Source of the DNA: Macrostomum hystrix | Taxonomy: Eukaryota > Animalia > Platyhelminthes | DNA: 64,000 nucleotides | Reading direction: 5' to 3' | NCBI GenBank assembly: GCA_950097015.1 | Contig: CATNEN010000003.1 | Span: forward strand, 7,564,001 to 7,628,000 | In this document: in pieces, positions 38,101 to 50,546 of the stretch | Layout: each line of letters starts with the position of its first letter | Numbering within the stretch: position 1 is the stretch's first letter | Notes under the pieces: generated by a model | What the model was told of the DNA's origin: nothing | Seen by the model: only the letters and a program-made list of their open reading frames with translations | Database searches by the model: none | Made by a program: the position numbers and the translations under genes

Positions 38101-38578
38101 GCCGCGGAATCGAGCTCAGGGCCATTTCTTGCGAGAGGTAAATGCGTTTACCAGTCTGCCACTCACCCCCAGTACTAGCGGGAATTAGGTTAGCAATTTA
38201 AAATTACAATCGCATTCGTTATCATTTTATTAAAAACGGTAAAATTAATGTTTGTGTATTGATTTGTCCAGCTACATTGAGGTTAGTAGCCTACCGTTTA
38301 GAGCATCGGACTCACAAATGGATGGTCTGGTGTTCGATTCCCGAATTTGCTGTATAAATTTTTGTCCTTTAGTAAAAACAATGAACTATGCATTGCTCCA
38401 ATTCACTGTGAAATTGGTATCAGCATTAGTCCATTGACAGAACAGCTGTACACAGCCATCAGATACACAGCGCAATTAGATGCAATTTAAATACATGCAA
38501 CTTACCGAGCGTACTGGGCACAATGTCACAGCAGATAAGTAGCAGGAAAATACAATCCAGCAATTTTAACTTCTCCAT
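35111..38578 (-). CDS. Secreted F-type lectin + PAN protein, copy B; exons 38578-38506, 37897 (or 37906)-37649, 36549-36334, 35373-35111
   Basis: Signal-like MEKLKLLDCIFLLLICCDIVPSTL. Motifs PWWMLDM, NRLDCCTDRY, GGRYLAVY, LHFCEADVF. PAN pattern ECIHLCITEPLC...CWLF. Confidence 0.85.
35404..36160. repeat. 20-bp minisatellite (GGTGAAATACTAGTCTGACA) in intron 3 of copy B
   Basis: Directly visible tandem units. Confidence 0.96.
36735..37080 (-). mobile_element. SINE family A, full-length copy
   Basis: Matches the other copies from head to tail. Confidence 0.85.
37950..38170 (-). mobile_element. SINE family A, 5' half
   Basis: Head and hairpin block are present. Confidence 0.8.
38280..38440 (+). 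mobile_element. SINE family C, degenerate copy
   Basis: tagcctacc...tcggactcaca...gttcgattcc...tttgtcctttagtaaaaaca...tgcattgct..ttcac. Confidence 0.55.
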
Positions 38579-38987
38579 GGATGATTTTTGAGAATGCTTT
38601 CAATAAAAATTTGTAGAATTTTTTTTAATCGAAGATCTTGATTGTGAGATGCGACAGTTTGATTTTAAAATGTGTTCCATCTGAATATTTCAGGACCAAT
38701 AGAATTGGCACGAGCTGGCCAATGGTGCCCGCAAAGAAAATTGACACTTTTATGATGCTAGTAGATGCAGCTTTCGTATCGAGTATTGCTCTGAACTTCA
38801 AGCCGTACCTATTGACAATATTTATTCAGGTTGGCTTATCTGAAAGCTTTCTAAATTTTCAAAAGCAAGCCCATTGACGTTAAATTAGCACTGAATTTTC
38901 AAACAGCGATTGCACAAAAAGGTTAAACACTACGCTACTAATTTCATGCCTTACTTTTATAAATAATCAACTTTCGTTACTATAAAT

Positions 38988-41135
38988 AGTTCAGGCGTCA
39001 GTCCAGGCTTCAGTCAAGGCTTCAGTCAAGGCTTCAGTTCAGGCTTCAGTTCCGGTTTCAGTCCAGGCTTCAGTTCCGGCTTCAGTTAAGGCTTCAGTCA
39101 AGGTTTCCGATCAGGATTCAGTCCAAGCTTCAGTTCAGGCTTCAGTTCAGGATTCAGTTCAGGATTCAGTTCAAGATTCAGTTCAGGATTAAGTTCAGGA
39201 TTCAGTACAGGATTCAGATTTAGTTCAAGATTCAGTTCAGGATTCAGATCATGATTCAGTCCAAGCTTCAGTTCAGGCTTCAGTCCAGGTTTCCGATCAG
39301 GATTCAGTCCAAGCTTCAGTTCAGGCTTCAGTCCAGGTTTCCGATCAGGATTCAGTCCAAGCTTCAGTTCAGGCTTCAGTCCAGGTTTCCGATCAGGATT
39401 CAGTCCAAGCTTCAGTTCAGGCTTCAGTCCAGGTTTCCGATCAGGATTCAGTCCAAGCTTCAGTTCAGGCTTCAGTTCAGGATTCAGTTCAGGATTCAGT
39501 TCAAGATTCAGTTCAGGATTAAGTTCAGGATTCAGTTCAGGATTCAGATTTAGTTCAAGATTCAGTTCAGGATTCAGATCATGATTCAGTTCAAGATTCA
39601 GTTCAGGATTCAGTTCAGGATTCAGTTCAGGATTCAGTTCCGGCTTAAGTTCAGGCTTCAGTCCAGGTTTCCGATCAGGATTCAGTCCAAGCTTCAGTTC
39701 AGGCTTCAGTTCAGGATTCAGTTCAAGATTAAGTTCAGGATTCAGTTCATGATTCAGATTTAGTTCAAGATTCAGTTTAGGATTCAGTTCAGGCGTCAGT
39801 CCAGGCTTCAGTCAAGGCTTCAGTTCCGGCTTCAGTTCCGGCTTCAGTTCAGGCTTCAGTCAAGGTTTCCGATCAGGATTCAGTCCAAGCTTCAGTTCAG
39901 GCTTCAGTCCAGGTTTCCGATCAGGATTCAGTCCAAGCTTCAGTTCAGGCTTCAGTTCAGGATTCAGTTCAGGATTCAGTTCAAGATTCAGTTCAGGATT
40001 AAGTTCAGGATTCAGTTCAGGATTCAGATTTAGTTCAAGATTCATTTCAGGATTCAGATCATGATTCAGTTCAAGATTCAGTTCAGGATTCAGTTCAGGA
40101 TTCAGTTCAGGATTCAGTTCCGGCTTAAATTCAGGCTTCAGTCCAGGTTTCCGATCAGGATTCAGTCCAAGCTTCAGTTCAGGCTTCAGTTCAGGATTCA
40201 GTTCAAGATTAAGTTCAGGATTCAGTTCATGATTCAGATTTAGTTCAAGATTCAGTTTAGGATTCAGTTCAGGCGTCAGTCCAGGCTTCAGTCAAGGCTT
40301 CAGTTCCGGCTTCAGTTCCGGCTTCAGTTCAGGCTTCAGTCAAGGTTTCCGATCAGGATTCAGTCCAAGCTTCAGTTCAGGCTTCAGTCCAGGTTTCCGA
40401 TCAGGATTCAGTTCAAGCTTCAGTTCAGGATTCAGTTCAGGATTCAGTTCAGGATTCAGATTTAGTTCAGGATTCAGTTCAGGATTCAGATCATGATTCA
40501 GTTCAAGATTCAGTTCAGGATTCAGTTCAGGATTCAGTTCAGGATTCAGTTCCGGCTTAAGTTCAGGCTTCAGTCCAGGTTTCCGATCAGGATTCAGTCC
40601 AAGCTTCAGTTCAGGCTTCAGTTCAGGATTCAGTTCAAGATTAAGTTCAGGATTCAGTTCATGATTCAGATTTAGTTCAAGATTCAGTTTAGGATTCAGT
40701 TCAGGCGTCAGTCCAGGCTTCAGTCAAGGCTTCAGTTCCGGCTTCAGTTCCGGCTTCAGTTCAGGCTTCAGTCAAGGTTTCCGATCAGGATTCAGTCCAA
40801 GCTTCAGTTCAGGCTTCAGTCCAGGTTTCCGATCAGGATTCAGTCCAAGCTTCAGTTCAGGATTCAGTTCAGGATTCAGTTCAGGATTCAGTTCAGGATT
40901 CAGTTCAGGATTCAGTTCAGGATTCAGTTCAAGATTCAGTTCAGGATTCAGTTCAGAATTCAGTTCAGGATTCAGTTCAGGATTCAGTTCAGGCTTCAGT
41001 TCAGGCTTCAGTTCAAGATTCAGTGCAGGATTCAGTGCAGGATTCAGTGCAGGATTCAGTTCAGGATTCAGTTCAGGATTCAATTCAGGATTCAGTTCAG
41101 GCTTCAGTTCAGGATTCAGTGCAGGATTCAGTTCA
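38988..41135. repeat. 6/12-bp-based satellite (TTCAGTTCAGGA) with higher-order repeats
   Basis: 48-bp units and blocks of about 430-480 bp recur (for example at 39581, 40061 and 40493). Confidence 0.95.
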
Positions 41136-41189
41136 TGCTGCTAGGCACTCCTAATGTTATGCCATAGGCAGCACAAAAAAACTAATTGT

Positions 41190-43284
41190 TTAAAATTTCG
41201 GCCAGCTAATCTGCATAAACTTGGCGTCCTTTTCGGTGACGAAGCTCGCGAAACTTTTTGGAAATGTTGAGCTCATGCTCAGACTGCAGCTTCTGTTGCT
41301 CGGGGCGTAGATAACGAACTCGCAGAACAAGGTCTCAAAGCACAACTGAGCACACTCAATGTCCGATCTTGATGCCAGGGGCTTGTCTACCAATGGGCTG
41401 ATAGCAGTTGCTGAGAAGCTAGGCTTGAAGACAGCGAATTCAACAAATAATTGCTGCACAGGAAGAGCTGAAACAGAGATGATTTTTTCAGTCTAACAGG
41501 TGAACACCTCTGTCTAACAGGTGAACACCTCTGTCTAACAGGTTAACACCTCTGTCTAACAGGTGAACACCTCTTAGTAACAGGTGAACACCTCTTAGTA
41601 ACAGGTGAACACCTCTTAGTAACAGGTGAACACCTCTTAGTAACAGGTGAACACCTCTTAGTAACAGGTGAACACCTCTTAGTAACAGGTGAACACCTCT
41701 GTCTAACAGGTGAACACCTCTGTCTAACAGGTGAACACCTCTTAGTAACAGGTGAACACCTCTGTCTAACAGGTGAACATCTCTATCTAACAGTTGGAAC
41801 GCATCATTTAAACGAAGGTTGGTACCACGCGACCCACTCACCGGCAAATACGTCCAATTCGCAGAAATGAAACAAATCAGATTTATTCGTCAGTCCGGTA
41901 ATATTTTTAAACACGCCCAGATAGCGACCAGCCAGCGGTGTCCAGCATTCAAAACTGAGCGGATTATTGGCAGCTGTTGGGATTTTATCCCAGACGAAGC
42001 ACAAACTGAACTGGTCCTTGTCAAATGTGCTCCAAACTGAATTGTTTGTCCCAATGCCTTCGGTTGAGCATAGAAAATGGGATTTCAATATAAATATATC
42101 CTTGAGCATTATGGTTGCTATCTACTAACAGTAGCAATGCTAATCTTGGACTCACCAATGCTCACTTGGGTGAAGCGTTCAGAGCAGCAGTTGATGCGAT
42201 TCCAGAATCGAACTCCGTACACCAGGTAGCTCTGTTCAAGATCCAACAACCACCAGGGCAGCTTGTCGCCAGTAGCCGTGTGAATGCACTGCATTCCTGG
42301 AACATACGTTCCAACTATGCTGCCATCGTAGGCGCTAACTGGCTCATCGGATGCGCTAAACTTTGATGAAATCCTTGTGGGCTTGTTTTTAGCAATTATT
42401 GATGTCCGGATTCCTGGAAAATAATATTATCCGACAATATTTTACCCTTTTAAGTGATACGTACTATCCGGACATGCGGTGATCCGATGTGAGACAGAGT
42501 TGCGTGACTGAGTGACCATCTGTGTGACTGAGTGACCATCTGTGTGACTGAGTGACCATCTGTGTCACTGAGAGATCATCTGTGTGACTGAGTGATCATC
42601 TGTGTGACTGAGTGACCATCTGTGTGACTGAGTGACCAACTGTGTGACTGAGAGATCATCTGTGTGACTGAGTGACCATCTGTGTGACTGAGTGACCAAC
42701 TGTGTGACTGAGTGACCATCTGTGTGACTGAGTGACCATCTGTGTGACTGAGTGACCAACTGTGTGACTAAGTGACCATCTGTGTGACTGAGTGACCATC
42801 CGTGTGACTGAGTGATCATCTGTGTGACTGAGTGACCATCTGTGTGACTGAGTGACCAACTGTGTGACTGAGTGACCATCTGTGTGACTGAGTGACCATC
42901 TGTGTGACTGAGTGATCATCTGTGTGACTGAGTGACCATCTGTGTGACTGAGTGATCATCTGTGTGACTGAGTGACCATCTGTGTGACTGAGTGACTATC
43001 TGTGTGACTGAGTGATCATCTGTGTGACTGAGTGACCATCTGTGTGACTGAGTAACCAACTGTGTGACTGAGAGACCATCTGTGTGACTGAGTGACCATC
43101 TGTGTGACTGAGTGACCATCTGTGTGACTGAGTGACCATCCGTGTGACTAAGTAACCATCTGTGTGACTTATTGAACCATTCAGTAAAATCTTTATCTGA
43201 AATATTTAACATTCACTTACCTATCGCCGAAACAACAGAGCAAGTGTATAACTGTATGACAAGCAAATAGAAGCAAATTTTCAT
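41190..43284 (-). CDS. Secreted F-type lectin + PAN protein, copy C; exons 43284-43221, 42413-42156, 42057-41842, 41467-41190
   Basis: Signal-like MKICFYLLVIQLYTCSVVSAI. QCIHTATGDKLPWWLLDL...NRINCCSERF, AGRYLGVF, FHFCELDVF. PAN pattern ECAQLCFETLFC...CSL. Confidence 0.87.
41490..41790. repeat. 21-bp minisatellite (TAACAGGTGAACACCTCTGTC / ...CTTAG) in intron 3 of copy C
   Basis: Directly visible tandem units. Confidence 0.95.
42505..43168. repeat. 20-bp minisatellite (TGTGTGACTGAGTGACCATC) in intron 1 of copy C
   Basis: Directly visible tandem units. Confidence 0.96.
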
Positions 43285-43617
43285 GATTGAAGAACAGGTA
43301 AAACAAAATGTTTTCCTAAAAGATATTTTTCAGTGCCTCTAGGCTGGGATTCTCATTTTATTCTCGCAAAATTATCTTAAAGACTTTTATGTGAAAATTG
43401 TTGCCATCTGCTACTCTTAAATTGATTGATTGATTGATTGATTGAATTGGAACGGAGTGTTTGTCACAAAAATGTCCTTGGTGGGTTAAAACTGTCATAC
43501 AGTGTGACAGCGTTTCTAACACAATAAGATTCGTAAAAAGTATACTTAAAAGTTCTCTGAAAGCACAAAAAACATTTTCTACGATTTTTTACTCGTAGAT
43601 TACCATAGAACTTAGAG

Positions 43618-44160
43618 AGTTAACGCGTTTGCCTCTCACAGCAAGGTCGTTAAGCTCGATTCCGCGGCGAGGCCACATTCATCATTCGTTTGGGGGCGCA
43701 GCCGCGGAGAGAAGGCTTGGGGCCTTGTCATGAAATGTATGCACTTGAGGGCCAACCTAAAGTATATAGACTGCCTGACGATTCCACAGACGATTAAATG
43801 AGAATATCAGGGCAGATGTAATGGGTCGGAGGCAGAGCGGTTAACGCGTCTGCCTCTCGCACCACTTTCACTAAGTTCGATTCCACGGCGAGGCCACATT
43901 AATTTGGGGCGCAGCCGCCGAGAGAAGGCTTAAGGGGTTGCCGTGCAATTTACGCCCTTGAGGGCCAACCTCCAAGGCCCAGTGAAGTGTACACTGCCTG
44001 ACGATGAGAAAGTCAGGGCAGATGTACACCCTTGTGTGAGCGTGTGCCTGCGTACGGTATCTGTGTGCGTGTGTGCTCAGGAGTCAGCGAAATGGGCAAA
44101 ATTGCCCACTCGCTTGTTGCGGGTCTAGTGCCACCAAATGATGTGCCACTGTCCACAGCT
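43618..44160 (+). mobile_element. Two tandem SINE family A copies (partial 43618-43820; full 43823-44160)
   Basis: Two consecutive gttaacgcgt heads, each followed by SINE-A body. Confidence 0.83.
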
Positions 44161-44296
44161 TTCCTTTAAATCCAAAACTGAAAAGGTGCAATTCTACCGA
44201 CGTCGAAATTTACGGTAGATAATTTTTAAGCATAGGCGCCCTTGATCGTTTTGTTCTTGGTGTCTCAAAACGGAATGAAGTTTATGGCTAAATGAG

Positions 44297-44884
44297 GGGA
44301 GCGAGGGGGGTCAGCGGCTAACGTCGCTGCCTCGCACTCCAAAGGACGCTAGTTCGATTCACCCTTCAGGTCACGATTAATTTCGGTACTTGTTGGGGGG
44401 GTTTGGACAGTAGCGACCGGCGGAGGTGCACCATATTTCGTGCAATCAAAGCTTGAAAAATAGCTTCGCTCCTACCTTTCTGTGTGCCTGTTCTGCGTTG
44501 TATGAGTTATGTGCGTTGGCGCTGGGGCGTTAGACCTTGCGGGGGGTGGCTGGGGGGCGGGTGTACACCGCCGCGCGCTCATCTGGATTTCCGTCAGCGC
44601 GATTGGATAAAGTGTACACTCGTCACCCGCCCCCCCCTGAGGACTGATTTCTATCAGCCTTCCGCCCCGGCTTGGTCTGCTCTGTGCGTGTGTGGGCCTG
44701 GGGTGAGAGGCACTCCGGCTGCCGCCCCCTTCCCCGCTTGGCTTGCTGCTGTGTGTGTGAGGTGCCTGCTCAGGGGAGGCGGCGCGCTGGGCGGCTCTCG
44801 CCTAGTTCGCCGGCCTGGGGGCATGCCGTTCCTGTGTTTGTGCGTCAAGTGCCCCAGGCCCCCCTGCAAAGTAAGTAAAGTAAG
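44297..44884 (+). mobile_element. SINE family B, copy 2
   Basis: Reverse complement of copies 1 and 3. 14-bp TSD TATGGCTAAATGAG at 44283-44296 and 44885-44898. (AAGT)n tail. Confidence 0.88.
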
Positions 44885-46668
44885 TATGGCTAAATGAGTA
44901 GTATAATTGGCCGCATTAAATCTAGCGGGAGTCCTGGAGCAATATGGGCTTATAGGATGAGCAAACTTAAGTCGGAAATGGTCTGTAAAGTGGCTATCGA
45001 TTTAGTTTTGTGATGAAAGCACGAGTTAGTCCTTGTTCCAATGTCTGGTCTCACAGCGGTCTAGGGATTTACTCAACAATAGAAAGACTAGGGCACAATT
45101 AAAAAACCGTATGTTTCTATTTCATGTATCTCCAAAAATATTCAACCGATCGCCTTGAAAATCCAGAAAACAGAATAAAATTTTCCACTCTATGCAAGCC
45201 AAGGAAAATAGATTGGTCTTTCTACTGTTAAGAGTAGTCACTTCAGGTCTCGCACTCGCGTTTACTATATTTTATCAAGACAGGAGTCTCATTTCTATAA
45301 TCCAAATATTTAATTTGTTTTAAAAGGGTCCGCATGGTCATATGTCATCTTTATTCGCTGACAGACTTGCTCTCAAATGTTCAGATTAGGAAGGAAAGGA
45401 AAATTTATTACAACGTCATTCTAGAATAATTGACGTGCTGTAAATGTTCTTATAGTTTACGCTTAAAATAAGCTTAGCAAACTTTAGCCAGATCAGTGTA
45501 AGTCGTGGTGCTTGTATCTACCGTTCCGATGTACCTTAAGTACTTTGCCATTTTTATGGTCGCTGACATTAGCAAAAGAAGCAAATGTAAACAGCTACGT
45601 TCAGAAATGGGCGAGAAAAAGCCAGCTGAAACTTTTCATTCCTTCTTGGGAACTATACGAGCTTCTGAACTTCTGATCATCAACAATGAGACACGCATGC
45701 AAGCATCTTGTTAAAAGCATGTTAAAAGTTGCTTTAAAATTGCTGTTTAGAACTGCGAACAATGAACTCTCTTCTCAATAAGACAATGAAAGTTAAAAGC
45801 ATTCTGCCTTCGCTTTTTAACTTAGAAATAGTTCTCACGGAAGAGCTGCAGCCATCAAATAACTAACTGTTCTACACTCAAAAAAATCTTTCAAGAAAAA
45901 AGGAAACGACAATAATAGCATGCCATTACCTTAATACCTAACTTGATCATCAAGACCACAAACCTCATCAAAAGAATTGCACCAACACAGAACACAATCG
46001 AAACAAAACTTAACAGCTAGCGAAACAGTGTGAAGTTCGAGCATGACTAAAGCAACAAGTGGAAAAAAACTATTTTTTAATCTTGCAGATCCGATGTAAC
46101 ATCAACTGGTTGCTCTTATAAGCATCTACCAAGAAAGTATAGGACACTCACACATACACACAAGTCCCGTAAATATTCTATGCACCAACATTTCCTTCTT
46201 CGGAAAGTGCAGTCCATGTTTCTTTGAAAAGACGCCAAGATTCCTCACTTCCAAAGATAAATTTTTAGTGTTTAGTGGTTAAGAACCATTAAAAAGTCGA
46301 ACTGCAATAACAGTAGGTAGCCAAGGAAGGCTCAAAGCAATGTGAGCTGCTAAATATAGGTTCATAATAACTTTTTGGACGAGACCCTTTGGACTTGGGC
46401 GGGCAAGTTGGACTCGCAAAAATTCCTGAATCCGAACTCGTGGACCTTTCATAAAAACGCATGTCTATCATCCTCCTACAGATTCAAGTCTCCCCTGTCA
46501 CATCTCTCTCTCTGTGTGTGTATGATTTTTCTATCCTAATATCTCCAGAATGTCTTAACTCTGTAATATCTTATGTACTAAAGCAGTACAAACGAAATAT
46601 CTAACAAAAAACGATATGATTATTGAAATTAATGAGATAGATAAGATATTTATAACAGCGGAAGAGCG

Positions 46669-47770
46669 TCACTGAGGTCCGCTGAGCTTCATGAACTTGC
46701 TGCCGCTCTCCCGATAGACGCTGCTGAAGCCGGTTGGAATGCTGGCGAACTGAAACTGCCAGCAGCTGTTGTTGAGGCTCGAGTAGAGAGCAAACAGACA
46801 GAACAGCCGGTTCGAGCACTGAGCAATGCAATCGATGTCCGACCTCACGACCAGCGGCTCAGAGACCAACTGGCTGGTGTTTGACCCTGCTGAGAAGACG
46901 GGTTCCACGAGGCTGAACTCAACGAATGTCGGCTGCTGAGGTGTCGCTGGAACAAAAGCGTTGAAGCCAGATTTCATGTTCGATTTTACAATCAGACAGC
47001 TCACGAATGCTGCCTTGTGTTTTTTGCACTCACCCACGAATGTGTCAACTTCGCAAATGCCCAGTACTGTTTCACTCGTCGGAATGCCAGAAATGACCAT
47101 ATAGAAGGCCAGGTATCGGCCCAGTCTGGGAGAGGAGCAGACGAAGTTCAGCGGATTCTGACTCGCTGTGGGCACGAGGTCCCAAAACACGCACAAGCCG
47201 AAGAGGTTCTTGTTGAAATTAGTCCAGACAGAGGAGACCGAACTCACTCCTGAAATCGAATGGAGGAACGAGGAGAAAGTTCATTTGAGCAAATGTCAAT
47301 CAAATTAGAGGTAGCCCTTGTCCATGCAGCTCAACTCACCAATGCCAACTTGAGTAAATCTGCTAGAGCAGCAGTCGATGCGATTCCAGAATCGAACTCC
47401 GTACACCAGGTAGCTCTGCTCCAGGCCCAGCATACACCAGGGCAGAGCGTCTCCTACTGTCGTGTGAATGCACTGAACTCCAGCGATGTACTCGTAGTTT
47501 CCATTAGTGACGCCGTTATTTGCAATCATAGCATTATCATGCAGTTCACTCCACTTTGAAGACATTTTCGCCGGCTTGTTCTTGGCCAATAGAAATGCCT
47601 GATCACCTGCGTTTGGGGAAAAGCTTTTTCGTCAATTGTGCTAGATGGGTCAGGAATTCGTTTGAAAGAGTAAAGTATTTAAAATTTTACTTTCCAAAGT
47701 TAGGTTGAATAAAGACTCAGAGAAGTGTAAAGGTGTTGACACGTAGGATATTATTCATTTTGGTTTCCAT
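46669..47770 (-). pseudogene. F-type lectin + PAN copy D, recently inactivated; exons 47770-47695, 47606-47340, 47249-47034, 46946-46669
   Basis: Compared with near-identical copy F: TGC>TGA stop in exon 1 (47717-47719), intron-1 donor GT>GA (47694-47693), L>R in the signal h-region, PWWMLDL>PWCMLGL. Confidence 0.82.
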
Positions 47771-48755
47771 TTTGACCGCTTGTTGAAATTTTTCTTTGGT
47801 TAGTTACAATGAATTAAAAAGAATGTAGAAACTGCTGCAATAATGGAATGTTGGAGATCTTTTGCCATTGGCTCCTGTTTAAACTCAGGATTATAGTTTG
47901 TTGAGTCCTTGTTAAACAAAAGTACCTGAACTGTATCAATTAAGCTACTGCATATTTTCTGGTATTTTCCGGTTCCAGCTGCAGCTCATGTGTCAGTTGA
48001 CAGAAACAGCAATGTACGCAAAATTGGCGATATAACTTTGTCAATTTTATCGCGAAGCATCGATCTATTTTAGCCTTCCTGATTGGAAAAAAGGCTGAAA
48101 CGAGAGGCAGTTTCTAACTCATATTTCATGCCCGGAATGCGTGAAAAAATACTTCAATTCTTCCCATCGTTATCTGCAAAAACAAAAAAGTTTTTTGAGT
48201 GTATGGCATTTAAACTCAGGTTAAAATAGCATGAGTAAAGCTTAAAGGCAAATAAGCAATTAAATTTTCGTAAAAAAGCTTAGCGCAACTGCAACGAAAG
48301 TGTAAGTAATGAGTTTATCGGCAACGTTAAATTCATTGCTCAAATATATATTTCTTCTGGATAGGTTTTTACCAGTTTTATTTAGCTTGTCATGCGAGTG
48401 GGACAACAAAAGTTACAAGTCTCAAATTCCACCAATAGTGTGCGTCAGCCCTAACACAAGAATCTCTAGGATATTTAAAATCATTCTACTCGGACGAAAA
48501 ATACCTCTCTGAGTTTGCAGGTCACTAAAAGTACATTATTATACCCCGCGATTCAAATTTTAAACTCAGAGTGAATGTTTGGACAAAGAAGTATATGTTG
48601 CGGTAGAAATGGAATCTTTACACGGTACGTATGTACCATCAGTGATAAATTCTCTCTGTTTAATCAAATGTGTTTGGAAACATTTCACAATAATCCATAA
48701 TTGTTATAAATCTTATAACTCTTTCTCCTATTATTATAACAGCTGATGAGCACTG

Positions 48756-49861
48756 TTACTGTGGCCCGCTGAGCTTCATGAACTTGCTGCCGCTCTCCCG
48801 ATAGACGCTGCTGAAGCCGGACGGAATGCTGGCGAACTGAAACTGCCAGCAGCTGTTGTTGAGGCTCGAGTAGAGAGCAAACAGACAGAACAGCCGGTTC
48901 GAGCACTGAGCAATGCAATCGATGTCCGACCTCACGACCAGCGGCTCAGAGACCAACTGGCTGGTGTTTGACCCTGCTGAGAAGACGGGTTCCACGAGGC
49001 TGAACTCAACGAATGTCGGCTGCTGAGGTGTCGCTGGAACAAAAGCGTTGAAGCCAGATTTCATGTTTGATTTTACAATCAGACAGCTCACGAATTCTGC
49101 CTTGTGTTTTTTGCACTCACCCACGAATGTGTCAACTTCGCAAATGCCCAGCAGATTCTCGGGTGTCGGGATGCCAGAAATGACCATATAGAAGGCCAGA
49201 TATCGGCCCAGTCTGGGAGAGGAGCAGACGAAGTTCAGCGGATTCTGACTCGCTGTGGGCACGAGGTCCCAAAACACGCACAAGTCGAAGAGGTTCTTGT
49301 TGAAATTAGTCCAGACAGAGGAGACCGAACTCACTCCTGAAATCGAATGGAGCTAGGAACAATGAGTAACATCCTTTGCTGAGCAAGCGACAAACCGATT
49401 GGAGGTAGCCCTTGTTTATTCAGCTCAACTCACCAATGCCAACTTGAGTAAATCTGCTAGAGCAGCACTCGATGCGATTCCAGAATCGAACTCCGTACAC
49501 CAGGTAGGTCTGCTCAAGGTCCAGCATCCACCAGGGCAGTCCGTCTCCGTCTTTCGTGTGAATGCACTGAAATCCAGGGATGTAGGTTCCATCAGTGACG
49601 CCGTTATTTGCAATCATAGCATTATCGAGTTCACGCCACTTAGAAGACATTTTCGCGGGCTTGTTCTTGGCCAATAGAAATGCCTGATCACCTGCATGTG
49701 GGAAAATGTTTTATCATCAGGTGTGCTAGTCGGGTCAGGAATTAATCCAAACGAGTTGGAAAATTCATTTGCATGACAATCTTACCAAATGTAAATTGAA
49801 TGTGGACAAGTAGCAGCACAAACGTTTTCACAAGCAGGATGACATCTATTTTGGCTTCCAT
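48756..49861 (-). CDS. Secreted F-type lectin + PAN protein, copy E; exons 49861-49786, 49691-49434, 49336-49121, 49033-48756
   Basis: Signal-like MEAKIDVILLVKTFVLLLVHIQFTFG. CIHTKDGDGLPWWMLDL...NRIECCSSRF. PAN pattern DCIAQCSNRLFC...CWQF. Confidence 0.88.
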
Positions 49862-50546
49862 TTGACCGAAGTAAATTCCAAAGTAAGTCATTGGTTTGGG
49901 CAATTAGTAAATGTTGCTTATGTAGAGACTGCCGCAGTCATCTAAGATTTAACATATTTTCGACTGTAGCAGACGATCATTCATTGGCTGTCGATATAAA
50001 GTGCAGAAGCATGACCGGCTTCTTAAAGTTTTTAAAACAAGTGACAAAACCCGTCGTTTCGGCTAGTTAAAATGTCATTTGTCTGGTATTTTCCAGTTCA
50101 AGCCGGTTGAGTTAACTGCAGCTGCAGCTCCAGCGTTAGTTGACATGCACAGCCAATACCTGAAAGAACGCTTGAGTGAAAAACTTTTTGCCAACGTAAT
50201 TGCTGAATTGTATTTAAGCTGTTCTGCATTAGCTTCGGAAGCAACTGCAGTTGGATGTTGATGAGGCAGCAGTTTTTCTCTGTGCCAATGCAAGGGCGCT
50301 TGTTCTTCCAAGTTTATTTTGTAAGTTTCACAAATAATTAATGACCCTGTTCTCATTATTATACTCCAGGAGGATTTTTACACACTGATATACACCAATC
50401 AGCCAAACTAAAGTCTTTAGAATTCTTCTAAAGAAATGGCTCATTTCAACCATGCAAATTATAATTGGCAAACAGAGAGACGCATCTTAACAGTAGGACT
50501 ACCAGGGGAAATTGACAATTTTTTGCTGCACCCGAACGGAACAATG

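Noticed and set aside
43993-44025. Hammerhead-like CTGACGA...GAAA.GTC inside SINE-A
   Set aside because: Only 3 nt lie between CUGANGA and GAAA, and there is no stem III. The bases pair better as a simple hairpin.
45700-46500. A-rich stretch that might be an old LINE remnant
   Set aside because: No recognisable protein motif could be read by eye.
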